A DNA stretch of 55,058 bases from Chloroflexota bacterium (GTDB lineage: Bacteria; Chloroflexota; UBA11872), in NCBI GenBank assembly GCA_047516685.1, contig JAKZUJ010000062.1, positions 1-55,058 of the forward strand, written 5' to 3'. Within the stretch, counting starts at the first letter, position 1; every line of letters begins with the position of its first letter. The notes beneath the pieces were generated by a model that worked only from the letters and a program-made list of their open reading frames with translations, made no database searches and was not told the origin of the DNA. This document shows positions 1 to 9,095 of this stretch, piece by piece. The position numbers and the translations under genes were made by a program.

Positions 1-148
1 CTACATGGATGCCTACCTCTCGGCGGATCTGGTCCTTCGCCGCTTCCTCGAACCCGTCCCGCCCGACGACCGCCTGCGCGATAACCCACGCTACGAAGAC
101 TGGTACCGCATCCCCGAATTCACCGTCATGCGCTGGCAAAAACCCTAG
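1..148 (+). CDS. 3' end of a gene, probably a class I SAM-dependent methyltransferase (partial)
   Basis: Frame 2 reads YMDAYLSADLVLRRFLEPVP...EDWYRIPEFTVMRWQKP*, with TAG at 146-148. It resembles the EPxP...RxPxF tail of small methyltransferases. Confidence 0.45.
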   Translation, partial: YMDAYLSADLVLRRFLEPVPPDDRLRDNPRYEDWYRIPEFTVMRWQKP

Positions 149-269
149 CCCCGCATCGTCGCGTCCGCTCAGCGTCAACAGGCGTCACCGAATCCCCAAG
201 TATTCGTCATAGCTCGAGCAGCCATCCCACGCATTGCAAGGCTGACCGATGCGGCCGACTGCCGGGCGG

Positions 270-1400
270 ACATATCATGCCTACACGGACAGGAGGAAAC
301 GTACGATAGCCAAGCGCAAGGGTATACACCGATTCGGACACATTTGGCATTCTCCCCATACCCAGCACTGGGACCTGCAAGCCTTTGAACACATTCACCG
401 CGCCCGCTCAAGAGCCGCATAGAAACCAATCGGGCGCGTGAACGTCGCACCAGAAGAATGCGCCATAGGCCGTGGGCTCGCCTGCATCTGGCCACGGAAC
501 GAACGCGACGCGCGATTCTTGGAGTTCGCACTTCGGAACCTGGAAACACACTGGACGACGATTGAAGGCAGTGGGTCCGTATTCGGCAATGCGACCAGGC
601 GCTATCTTGAATCCCTTCAACTTCTCTGGCCTTCCGAGCGGAATGCCATTGCCCACATCCTCGGCACCCTGGGACGACAAGATCGAACTGAAACGCCGCA
701 TGAGCAAGACCTTTGAGGAAATGGCCCGCGCCCTGTGCAAATCCTGGTTCATCGCCTTCGGCCCCGTCCGCGCCAAAATCACCGGCCACTGATGCCCCGG
801 CCAAACCCTCCCCGGGCTCCCCGCCCACCTCTACTACCTCTTCCTCAACCGCCTCGTCACCTCCGAGCTCGGCGAAATCCCGGCAGACTGGAAGACTGGA
901 TGTCCCAAACACGAATTTCTGTTCATGCAATAGCGCAGGTCATGGTGTTCCGTTCTATCAAGGCCGCACAGACTTCGAGTTTCGTTTCCCGCGACCCGTG
1001 TGTACTGCACCGCGCCCACGCGCACGGCACGCGCTGATCAGCGTGCGTGCACCGGTGGGACATGCAAACATGACGCTAGAGAATTGTGCCATCGGCAGCG
1101 ATGTAGCAGCAGCGTGCAATGGGAGCGGAAGTGTCTTATACACATGTGCTTTTATGCACTCACTCAGTGAGAGTTTTTCTCTTTTCAAAGATGAAGCACC
1201 AGTATTTGGACCCATAAACAAGAACGATCCCCGGAGTATCCCGTGCACTATTCCACCAACTGATATCGTGATAAAGTTTGAGCAAATTTCCAGATCAATT
1301 GAATCGCGCATCAAGACCTCTGAAGTCGACTGGCCCAATCTAATCGATCTGCGCCGCAGGTTACTGCACCAACTCGTATCGCAAATCTGTGCAAGTCACT
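270..1400 (+). pseudogene. hsdS: Type I restriction-modification specificity subunit, frameshifted and with internal stops
   Basis: Fragments in shifting frames: [16 protein letters not shown]...AIAHILGTL / [35 protein letters not shown] / TSELGEIPADW / VPFYQGRTDF...ISVRAPVG...LIDLRRRLLHQLVS. These match the HsdS conserved helices and two TRDs. Boundaries are approximate. Confidence 0.85.
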
Positions 1401-1427
1401 TTGTCAATCCGCAAGAAACAGCCTAAT

Positions 1428-2795
1428 ATGAGGATACTCAAAAGTCACGGATTGAATAAATCAGAGGGCTATTTGGCCAACGTATGCAATAGAACTTTTT
1501 TGTCAATGTGGAGCTATCCTAATTTATACCGTGAAAATGGGAAGGAATTAGCAGATTTGATTGTCGCATTTGGTGAACATATTCTCATCTTCTCTGATAA
1601 GGACTGCGCGTATCCTACCATGCATGTCCCAGAATCAAACTGGCGCAGGTGGTTCAGAAGAGCCGTGAAAAAATCAGCTCAACAACTCTGGGGAGCAGAA
1701 AGATGGATTCGAAAGTACCCTAATCGAGTTTTCCTTGATAGAGATTGCACCGAACGTTTTCCATTCGAAATAGACGCAGCCAATGCTCACATTCACCTTA
1801 TAATGGTCGCTCATGGAGCCTCCAACGCCTGTAAGGAATTCTTTGGTGGGGGTAGCGGAAGCATGATGCTTGAGAGTCCCGTAATAGGACTAGATGCACA
1901 TACGAGACCTTTCGTGATTGGCGACCTTGAACCCACGAAGACCTTCATTCATGTCCTGGACGATACAACTCTAGACATCGTGATGGCGGCACTCGATACC
2001 ATCTCTGACTTCGTTTCGTATCTTTCTAAGAAGGAAGAACTATTCCGTTCAGACAAGGACATCTTCGTAACAGGCGAGGAGGATTTGCTACCCTTCTACA
2101 TGACAAAGATGAAGGGGGAGGAACACGATTTTGATTTCCCAGACGAATACAGTGGGGTCTTCATTCCCGAGGGACACTGGCAAGAATTCTGTGAAAACCC
2201 ACAAAGAAAAGCCCAGATTGAGGAAGACAAGATAAGTTACTCTTGGGATGAATTGATTGAAGCATTTAACACTCATGCACTTGAAGGAAGTCAATACTGG
2301 GTTGATCAGGGAGGGATAAGGTCGTCGGAGAAAGTGATGAGATTTCTCGCCAGTACAACTAGGTTTGAGAGAAGAGTATTATCAAAACAGTTCCTAGGTC
2401 TAATTGCAAAAACTAAGGTAGATCTTTGCGGCCGAAGAGTACATATACCCACTAGGGAAGGTTTGCCATTTTACGTTTTCATTGCCTTTCCCAAAAACCA
2501 CGTCTGGACTCAGGAAGATTATCGTGAACTTAGACTCAGACATTTGATGGACTGCTGCATGGTTATCAGGTCAATGTATCCGGATGCAAAAGATATTGTT
2601 GGATTAGCCACGGAATCCGGGACTGACCCAGTGTTGAGGTCTGAAGATTCTCTGCATCTCGACGGAAGGTTTTGGAATGAAGAAATACAAAAAGAGGCCG
2701 AAGAAGTGCAGCGTAGTCTCGGTATCTTTGCCAAGCAGAACTACTATAGAATACAAGAGTCTGAGTTCCCAATCGTCGCAAAGGAAACGTCGTGA
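1428..2795 (+). CDS. Low-GC hypothetical protein, putative NERD/PD-(D/E)xK-like nuclease
   Basis: 455-aa ORF from ATG 1428. Motif KELADLIVAFGEHILIFSDK...SAQQL is reminiscent of a PD-(D/E)xK core. Sampled 60-nt lines are 37-50% GC versus ~70% in a sampled dprA line. Confidence 0.6.
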   Translation: MRILKSHGLNKSEGYLANVCNRTFLSMWSYPNLYRENGKELADLIVAFGEHILIFSDKDCAYPTMHVPESNWRRWFRRAVKKSAQQLWGAERWIRKYPNRVFLDRDCTERFPFEIDAANAHIHLIMVAHGASNACKEFFGGGSGSMMLESPVIGLDAHTRPFVIGDLEPTKTFIHVLDDTTLDIVMAALDTISDFVSYLSKKEELFRSDKDIFVTGEEDLLPFYMTKMKGEEHDFDFPDEYSGVFIPEGHWQEFCENPQRKAQIEEDKISYSWDELIEAFNTHALEGSQYWVDQGGIRSSEKVMRFLASTTRFERRVLSKQFLGLIAKTKVDLCGRRVHIPTREGLPFYVFIAFPKNHVWTQEDYRELRLRHLMDCCMVIRSMYPDAKDIVGLATESGTDPVLRSEDSLHLDGRFWNEEIQKEAEEVQRSLGIFAKQNYYRIQESEFPIVAKETS

Positions 2796-3174
2796 TGTCA
2801 TACCGTTGCACCACAGGATCGTTGGACACTCCCGCCACCATTACGACACTGGACGGGACTGTCGTACATCCAATCTGCCACAACCTCTGCATCCATCTGG
2901 CGCTGTCGACCATGGCGATGCCACGTCCGATACTGGCCGGCACTAGATCAGCCTTGTCGCCCCCTGGTGTGCGAACAGATTTTCGGCCTGCGCTAGCCCT
3001 GGCCGCGTGAAGCTGCTAGCAGCCGCTATTTCCGGCTGACCGGCTACCCGCGCCCGGAGCCAGCAACTGTTTTGGTAACCAGCGAGGTATGGCCGAGGTA
3101 TCCGCCACGACCCTCAAACATATCCTGATGCACCCGCGGAATGGGTTTGCCGTCCAGAAGCCGAACGGGCGGGC

Positions 3175-3199
3175 AACCACTAAGGATTTCTTAGGAGTT
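3175..3199. repeat. 25-bp palindromic cassette 1 (AACCACTAAG-GATTT-CTTAGGAGTT)
   Basis: 8 of 10 stem positions pair, 5-nt loop. Confidence 0.75.
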
Positions 3200-3273
3200 C
3201 GGACTCAAGGCGAAGGCTCAGCTAGACAGGCAATCCAATTCACCGTTACGCCGGCAGGGAATCATCCAGAGGC

Positions 3274-3298
3274 AACCCGTGCAAAATCTGCACGGGTT
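3274..3298. repeat. 25-bp palindromic cassette 2 (AACCCGTGCA-AAATC-TGCACGGGTT)
   Basis: Perfect 10-bp stem, 5-nt loop. Confidence 0.9.
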
Positions 3299-3403
3299 CC
3301 ACCCGGGACAACCTAGCGAACAGCTGGTCTGCACAGCGCCGCTCAGGGCCGCGGCCGGGCGCGGATGTATCGTACAGGCGCCCACCGCGCAGCCCCCGAT
3401 CCC

Positions 3404-4411
3404 ATGAGCGCCGTAGCTCCGGCAACATCCCCCGGCGGCCAGGTCATCGTCTACGAGGTTGAGGGCGGCGAGGCGCGCGTCGATGTTCGCCTCGACCGGG
3501 ATACCGTCTGGCTGACCCAGCGGCAGATGGCTGACCTGTTCGAGACCTCAACCGACAACGTCAGCCTGCATCTGAGCAACATCTTCGGCTCCCAGGAGCT
3601 AGAGCGGGAGTCAACTACCGAGGATGTCTCGGTAGTTCGAACCGAGGGCAGTCGTCGGGTCCATCGGACTCTCACTCACTACAACCTGGACGCCATCATC
3701 TCCGTCGGGTACCGCGTCAATTCTCGGCAGGGCGTGCGCTTTCGCCAATGGGCCACCCGCACGCTACGCCAGCACCTGGTCCGAGGCTTCACCCTGAACC
3801 AGCGCCGGCTGGCCGAACGCGGCCTCCAGGAGGCCCGCGACACCCTGGACCTGCTGGCCAGCACGTTGCGAAACCAGGCGCTGGTGGATAGCACCGGACA
3901 GGAGGTGCTGGACCTCATCCGCGGCTACGCCGACACCTGGCGGCTGCTGCTGGAATACGACGCAGATCGGCTCGCCGCGCCGCCCGGCGGCCAGCCGTCG
4001 CGCGGTGTGCTGCGCCATGACCGCGCCGTCGGGGTCATCGCCGAGTTCAAGCGCGAACTCACGGCGCGCGGCGAAGCGTCCGCCTTCTTCGGCAATCCGC
4101 GGGGCGACGCCTTGGAAGCCATCCTCGGCAACATCGAGCAGACCATGTTCGGCCAGCCGCTCTATCCCTCACGCGAGGCAAAGGCGGCCAATCTGCTCTA
4201 TATCCTCGTCAAGGACCACCCCTTCACCGATGGCAACAAGCGCATCGGCTCCTTGTTGTTCCTGCTCTATCTGAAGCAGGAAGGCGTGGAGCACCGGCTC
4301 AATCCTCAGGCGCTGACCGCTCTGACGCTGCTCATTGCCGAGAGCGCGATGGCCAGCAAAGACCTGATGATCCGCCTCATCATCAACCTGCTGGCGGAAC
4401 CCGCCGCATGA
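3404..4411 (+). CDS. RhuM-family domain fused to Fic/Doc domain
   Basis: N-terminal TVWLTQRQMADLF and HYNLDAIISVGYRVNS...FRQWAT (RhuM); C-terminal Fic motif HPFTDGNKR. Confidence 0.92.
   Translation: MSAVAPATSPGGQVIVYEVEGGEARVDVRLDRDTVWLTQRQMADLFETSTDNVSLHLSNIFGSQELERESTTEDVSVVRTEGSRRVHRTLTHYNLDAIISVGYRVNSRQGVRFRQWATRTLRQHLVRGFTLNQRRLAERGLQEARDTLDLLASTLRNQALVDSTGQEVLDLIRGYADTWRLLLEYDADRLAAPPGGQPSRGVLRHDRAVGVIAEFKRELTARGEASAFFGNPRGDALEAILGNIEQTMFGQPLYPSREAKAANLLYILVKDHPFTDGNKRIGSLLFLLYLKQEGVEHRLNPQALTALTLLIAESAMASKDLMIRLIINLLAEPAA
3613..3637. repeat. 25-bp palindromic cassette 3 inside rhuM (AACTACCGAG-GATGT-CTCGGTAGTT)
   Basis: Perfect 10-bp stem, 5-nt loop; encodes STTEDVSVVR. Confidence 0.9.
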
Positions 4412-4544
4412 CCACGCGCACCGCAACCCAGGTTGACCGCTTCACCCGTGACTGGCTGATCAGCCTTGGCAGGTGCGCCGCCCACGGCTCGCATAGCGCG
4501 CCGCAAACCACTCGCTGACCACTCCTCCGACGCTAAGCTGAGGC

Positions 4545-5711
4545 ATGGCCAGCCGCGACACTCTGTCCCCGTTTGCGGCCGACCGACTACCTGCGCCCAC
4601 CGGGCGCACACCGGAAGACCTGGCCGCGTGGGTGGCGCTGAGTTCGGTACCCGGGCTTGGGTCGGCCACGCTGTGGAGCCTCATCCGCGCCTTCGGTGAC
4701 CTCAGTCTCGCCTGGAGCGCAAGCGCCGCCAGGCTTCGCGCGGCGGGTGTTTCGCCCGCCGTCGTCAAGGGAATCGAGAGTGCACGGCAGCAGAAGTCAG
4801 CGGACGACGCCCTGGAAGAACTGACCAAACACGACGGTCGCGCCATCGCCTGGCATGACCCGGCCTACCCCTCGCAGCTGCGCGAGATCCCCGACCCACC
4901 ACCATTGATTTATGTCAAGGGAAATCTGGACTGCGCCGACTACCAGCGCACCGTCGCCATCGTCGGCACGCGCCGCATGACCGCCTACGGCAAACAGGTC
5001 ACCGCTCAGCTGGCTGGAGTCCTGGCGCGTGCGGGGCTTTGCATCGTGAGCGGCATGGCCGCCGGTATTGACGGCGAAGCGCATAGGGCCGCGCTGGATG
5101 CCGACGGCACTACCGTCGCCTGTTGGGGCACCGGACTGCACGAGGTCTACCCACGCTCAAACCGCCGGCTCGTTCCGCGCATTCTGGAGCGCGGCGCAAT
5201 CGTCACCGAGTACCCGATCGGCATGCGCGGCCTGCCCGAGAACTTCCCTCAGCGCAATCGCATCATCAGCGGCCTGTCCCTGGCCACCATTGTGGTCGAG
5301 GCCCCGCTGGAAAGCGGCGCGTTGCACACGGCCCGCTACGCCATCGAGCAGAATCGTGAGATCCTGGCCGTCCCGGGCAGCGTCTTCGCCGCCGCCAGCC
5401 GCGGGACGAACCGCCTGATCAACCGCGGAGAGGCCCGCGCGGTCACCTCGGCCACGGATGTGCTGGAAGCCCTGCAGATCGCGGTCAGCCCGGAGCAGTT
5501 GGAAATGCCCCAGCTGGTCAAGCCCACCAGCGAGGAACGCGCCCTGCTTCGCCACCTCACCACCGATCCAATCCACATCGACGAACTGGTGCGCCTGGCC
5601 GCGCTGCCCGCGTTCCGCGTCTCGGCGCTCTTGGCCGTCATGGAGGTCAAGGGCATCGTCCGCAACCTGGGCAGCGCCCACTACGTCAACGCCCATCCCT
5701 CGGGTGACTGA
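4545..5711 (+). CDS. dprA: DNA-processing protein DprA
   Basis: YPSQLREIPDPP, AIVGTR, VSGMAAGIDGEAH, FPQRNRIISGLS, VEAPLESGAL, plus a C-terminal winged helix. Confidence 0.96.
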   Translation: MASRDTLSPFAADRLPAPTGRTPEDLAAWVALSSVPGLGSATLWSLIRAFGDLSLAWSASAARLRAAGVSPAVVKGIESARQQKSADDALEELTKHDGRAIAWHDPAYPSQLREIPDPPPLIYVKGNLDCADYQRTVAIVGTRRMTAYGKQVTAQLAGVLARAGLCIVSGMAAGIDGEAHRAALDADGTTVACWGTGLHEVYPRSNRRLVPRILERGAIVTEYPIGMRGLPENFPQRNRIISGLSLATIVVEAPLESGALHTARYAIEQNREILAVPGSVFAAASRGTNRLINRGEARAVTSATDVLEALQIAVSPEQLEMPQLVKPTSEERALLRHLTTDPIHIDELVRLAALPAFRVSALLAVMEVKGIVRNLGSAHYVNAHPSGD

Positions 5712-5770
5712 CGCTCAACCGGCGCTCGCACGTATGATCAGCGCTGGTTCCGCAGGAGATCACTAAGTCC

Positions 5771-7078
5771 GTGCGCAGACGTCAGTGGGCCACGCTTGCC
5801 TTCATCGCCGTCATCTTCGGCTTTGCCCTCTACGTGGCGCTGCCCGGCACGCCCGGCCTGCCCATCGAAATAGCCGGACGCGATTTGTCCGACCTGCGCT
5901 TCCGACAGGGCCTGGACCTGCAGGGCGGTCTGCACGTGCGCTTCCAGGCCAGCCTCCCGCCAGACCAGCAACTTCAGGACGGCGACATGGATGCCGTCAA
6001 GCGCATCATCGAGAACCGCGTCAACGCGCTGGGCGTCGCCGAGCCGCTCATCCAGATTGAGGGCGACAACCGGCTGATCGTCGAACTACCCGGCGTTGCG
6101 GACCCGGAAGAGGCCATCCGCCTCTTCCGCCAGACCGGGCAGTTGCTGGTCATCAACACCGGGTTCGATTTCATCGACGAAGGGACGCGGCTTCCCGCCG
6201 ACCCCTCCCAAACCGTGCTCCGCGGACGCGATCTGCGCGACGCCCGCGTCGGTTTCGACACGCTCGGCTCGCCCTTGATCGAGTTCGATCTGCAACCCGA
6301 CGCCGCCAATCTATTCCAGACCTACACGGCCAGTCACCTCAACGAGGTCCTCACCATCACCGTTGACGACCTGGTCATCAGTTCGGCGCGGATCGAAGCC
6401 GCGATCCGCGAAAGCGGAGTCATTCGCGGCACGTTTACGGCCGACGAAGCCCGCAACGTCGCAATCCAGCTTCGTTACGGCGCCCTGCCCGTCCCGCTGG
6501 AGGTCGTTGAGACGCTCAGCGTCCGACCCACACTCGGTCAGGAGTCCTTGGAAGCCAGTCTGCGCGCCGGCGTAGTCGGCGCGCTCCTGGTCCTGATCTT
6601 TATGGTCGCCTTCTACCGCGTGCCCGGCATCGTGGCCGCGGTGGCCCTGATTGTCTACACCTCCGTGGTTTTCGCCGTCTTCAAGCTGATTCCGGTCACG
6701 CTCACGCTTTCCGGCGTGGCCGGATTCATCCTCTCCGTCGGCGTGGCGGTCGACGCCAACATCCTGATATTCGAGCGCACCCGCGAGGAACTGCGCGCCG
6801 GCCGCGCCATCCGCGGCGCTGTCGAGTCTGGCTTCAACCGTGCGTGGACCTCAATCCGCGACTCCAACATTTCCACCCTCATCATCTGCGCCGTGCTCTT
6901 CGGCTTTGGCAGCGGCGGCGTGCGCGGCTTCGCTGTCACCCTGGCCATCGGGGTGGCCGTCAGTATGTTCAGCGCCATTACGGTCAGCCGGAACTTGCTG
7001 CGCCTGGCCATCACCTGGCGGGCGCTCACCCGCCCGCGCCTTTTCGGCGCCGGCGCCGCCGCGAGAGTCAAGACCTGA
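5771..7078 (+). CDS. secD: Protein translocase subunit SecD
   Basis: GLDLQGG, RVNALGVAEP, YGALP, GVAVDANILIFER, IRDSN; GTG start. Confidence 0.96.
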   Translation: MRRRQWATLAFIAVIFGFALYVALPGTPGLPIEIAGRDLSDLRFRQGLDLQGGLHVRFQASLPPDQQLQDGDMDAVKRIIENRVNALGVAEPLIQIEGDNRLIVELPGVADPEEAIRLFRQTGQLLVINTGFDFIDEGTRLPADPSQTVLRGRDLRDARVGFDTLGSPLIEFDLQPDAANLFQTYTASHLNEVLTITVDDLVISSARIEAAIRESGVIRGTFTADEARNVAIQLRYGALPVPLEVVETLSVRPTLGQESLEASLRAGVVGALLVLIFMVAFYRVPGIVAAVALIVYTSVVFAVFKLIPVTLTLSGVAGFILSVGVAVDANILIFERTREELRAGRAIRGAVESGFNRAWTSIRDSNISTLIICAVLFGFGSGGVRGFAVTLAIGVAVSMFSAITVSRNLLRLAITWRALTRPRLFGAGAAARVKT

Positions 7079-8016
7079 TGTTCGCCATTACGTCCCGCCG
7101 CGGCTGGTGGTACCTGCTGTCGCTCGCGCTGCTGCTGCCCGGCGTCGTCGCGCTGTTGACCGGCGGTCTCAAGCCCGGCATTGACTTCACTGGCGGTTCT
7201 CTCATCCAGCTCCGCTTCGACCAGGAGATCAACCAGCAGGCCGTCCAGGCCGCCGCGGTAGCCGGGGGCTACCCGGGGGCGACAGTTCAACTGACCGACG
7301 ACCGCGGCGCCTTGGTACGCACGCCGCCCTTGGACGTCGAAGCCAAGGACGCGCTGGTCGCCACGATCTTTGAGCAGGCCGGACCCGGCCAGGAGCTCAG
7401 CTACTCCGCCATCGGGCCGGTTGTGGGCGCTGAACTCACACGCGCCGCGGCCATAGGCGTGGCGGTGGCCTCCGTCCTGATCCTGCTCTATGTCATGTGG
7501 GCCTTTCGCCGGATGGAGCGGCCGCTTGTGCTCGGTCTGGCCGCCATCGGCGCGCTCTTGCACGACGCCCTGTTCCTGCTGGGACTGTTCGCCCTGCTGG
7601 GCCATGTGGCCGGAGTTCAGGTGGACGCGCTGTTTGTCACAGCAATCCTCACGGTCATCGGCTTCTCAGTGAACGACACCATCGTCGTATTCGACCGCAT
7701 TCGCGAAAACCGTCAGCGCCACTTGCGCATGACGGATGCACAGCGACCAAGCTTTGAGCAAACAGTCAATTTCAGCGCCAATCAGAGCCTCACGCGTTCG
7801 CTCAACACCTCGATCACCGCGCTCTTGGTGTTGCTGGCGCTGATCGTGTTGGGCGGCCCCACCATCCAGCTGTTCGTCATCGCGCTGGCGGCCGGGTTCC
7901 TGATCGGAACTTACTCCTCGATTTTCGCGGCCTCCTCGGCCTTGGTTTCCTGGGACCGCCGCGACATTCCGCGCATCTGGGCGCGATTCAAACCGAGACT
8001 GACGCTCGTCCGTTAG
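7078..8016 (+). CDS. secF: Protein translocase subunit SecF
   Basis: GIDFTGG, IGFSVNDTIVVFDRIRE, RSLNTS, GTYSSIF. The ATG overlaps the secD stop (TGATG). Confidence 0.96.
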   Translation: MFAITSRRGWWYLLSLALLLPGVVALLTGGLKPGIDFTGGSLIQLRFDQEINQQAVQAAAVAGGYPGATVQLTDDRGALVRTPPLDVEAKDALVATIFEQAGPGQELSYSAIGPVVGAELTRAAAIGVAVASVLILLYVMWAFRRMERPLVLGLAAIGALLHDALFLLGLFALLGHVAGVQVDALFVTAILTVIGFSVNDTIVVFDRIRENRQRHLRMTDAQRPSFEQTVNFSANQSLTRSLNTSITALLVLLALIVLGGPTIQLFVIALAAGFLIGTYSSIFAASSALVSWDRRDIPRIWARFKPRLTLVR

Positions 8017-8462
8017 TCCGCGTCCGCACTCCGTCGAACTTCCGCCAGCGGCTGCCCGTATTCCACGACCTCGCCGTCGTGCACCGGCAACCGCTCAATC
8101 ACACCGTCAACCGGCGCGCACACGTCGTGAGCCACTCCCAGCACGTCCACATATCCCAGGGTCTGGCCCTCATCCACGGCGTCGCCGACCCGCACCGGCG
8201 GCGGCGCGCCGGGTTCGGTCAGCGCCATGAACACGCCAACCTGCTCCGACGTCACAACCACCAGGCCCTCGTCCGCCGATTCCGCGTCGTCGGTCAGCGC
8301 CGTTTCGGCGGCCAGCAGGCCCAACGTGCTGGCCCGCCGCATCCGGATCGTCCGACCGGCGTCGCCAATTTCAATCTCCTCGGCGCCCGTCTCTCGCAGC
8401 AATCGCGCGAGCCGAGGAACGTCCTCATTGAGCGTGGTTTCCCACTCCGGGTCGGTGGTCAT
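8013..8462 (-). CDS. Biotin carboxyl carrier protein (AccB)-like protein lacking the biotin-acceptor lysine
   Basis: VGVF...PGAPPPVRVGDAVDEGQTLG...APVDG...VHDGEVVEYGQPL gives the biotinyl fold, downstream of efp. EAMK is replaced by DVLG. Confidence 0.85.
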   Translation of the reverse strand: MTTDPEWETTLNEDVPRLARLLRETGAEEIEIGDAGRTIRMRRASTLGLLAAETALTDDAESADEGLVVVTSEQVGVFMALTEPGAPPPVRVGDAVDEGQTLGYVDVLGVAHDVCAPVDGVIERLPVHDGEVVEYGQPLAEVRRSADAD

Positions 8463-8480
8463 CGAGGACTCACGCGGCCG

Positions 8481-9038
8481 CTAGACGCGCGTCTGGTACT
8501 CGCCGCTGCGCGAGTCGATGCGCAGCACGTCGCCCGTCTGCACGAAGAGCGGTACCTGCACCTCCAGGCCGGTGGCCACTTTGGCCATTTTGGTGGCGCC
8601 GGTGGCCGTGTCGCCCCGAATCCCAGGCTCGGTCTCCACCACTTCGATATCCACATTGATCGGCACTTCCACACCCAGCGGCGCGCCCTCGAACGACGTG
8701 ATCTCCAGATCCAACCCATCCGTCAGGTATTGGACGGCCCCGCCAATCGCGTCCTGCGTAAGCGTCATGTCCTCGAAGGTTTCCATGTCCATGAAATGAA
8801 ATTCGGACGCGTCACGGTAGAGGAATTGCACCTTGTGCGTGTCCAGGATCACCCGTTCGAAGCGCTTGGAGGCCTGAAAGGAACGGGCGGTCGTGGACCC
8901 GCTGCGAATATCGCGCAGCCGCAGCCGCACGTTGGCCGACCCGCGGCCAATCTTCTGGTGTTGAAAGTCGATAACCTGGCAGAGAGCGCCGTCCATTCGC
9001 AGCACCCAGCCTCGTCTCAGTTCTCCCGCGTCAATCAC
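8481..9038 (-). CDS. efp: Translation elongation factor P
   Basis: KIGRGSA loop, QFLYRD, FMDMETFE, TEPGIRGDTA, VPLFV, DSRSGEY. Confidence 0.97.
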   Translation of the reverse strand: MIDAGELRRGWVLRMDGALCQVIDFQHQKIGRGSANVRLRLRDIRSGSTTARSFQASKRFERVILDTHKVQFLYRDASEFHFMDMETFEDMTLTQDAIGGAVQYLTDGLDLEITSFEGAPLGVEVPINVDIEVVETEPGIRGDTATGATKMAKVATGLEVQVPLFVQTGDVLRIDSRSGEYQTRV

Positions 9039-9095
9039 GCCCCGGCCTCCTTAGACCATGATGTGTCGGTTCGTGCGCCGGGTCGCCGGCGCCGC

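Larger units (their letters stand above)
3040..3316 (+). pseudogene. Decayed rhuM N-terminal fragments (two partial copies)
   Basis: TV(W)LTQRGMAEVSATTLKHILMHPRNGF...RATTKDFLGVRTQG aligns with TVWLTQRQMADLFETSTDNVSLHLSNIF...ESTTEDVSVVRTEG of the downstream intact gene. A second fragment, PEATRAKSARVP, follows. Confidence 0.7.

Noticed and set aside
2796-3040. Short ORFs or possible PIN toxin remnant (GRGIAMVD on the - strand)
   Set aside because: Similarity is too short to support a call.
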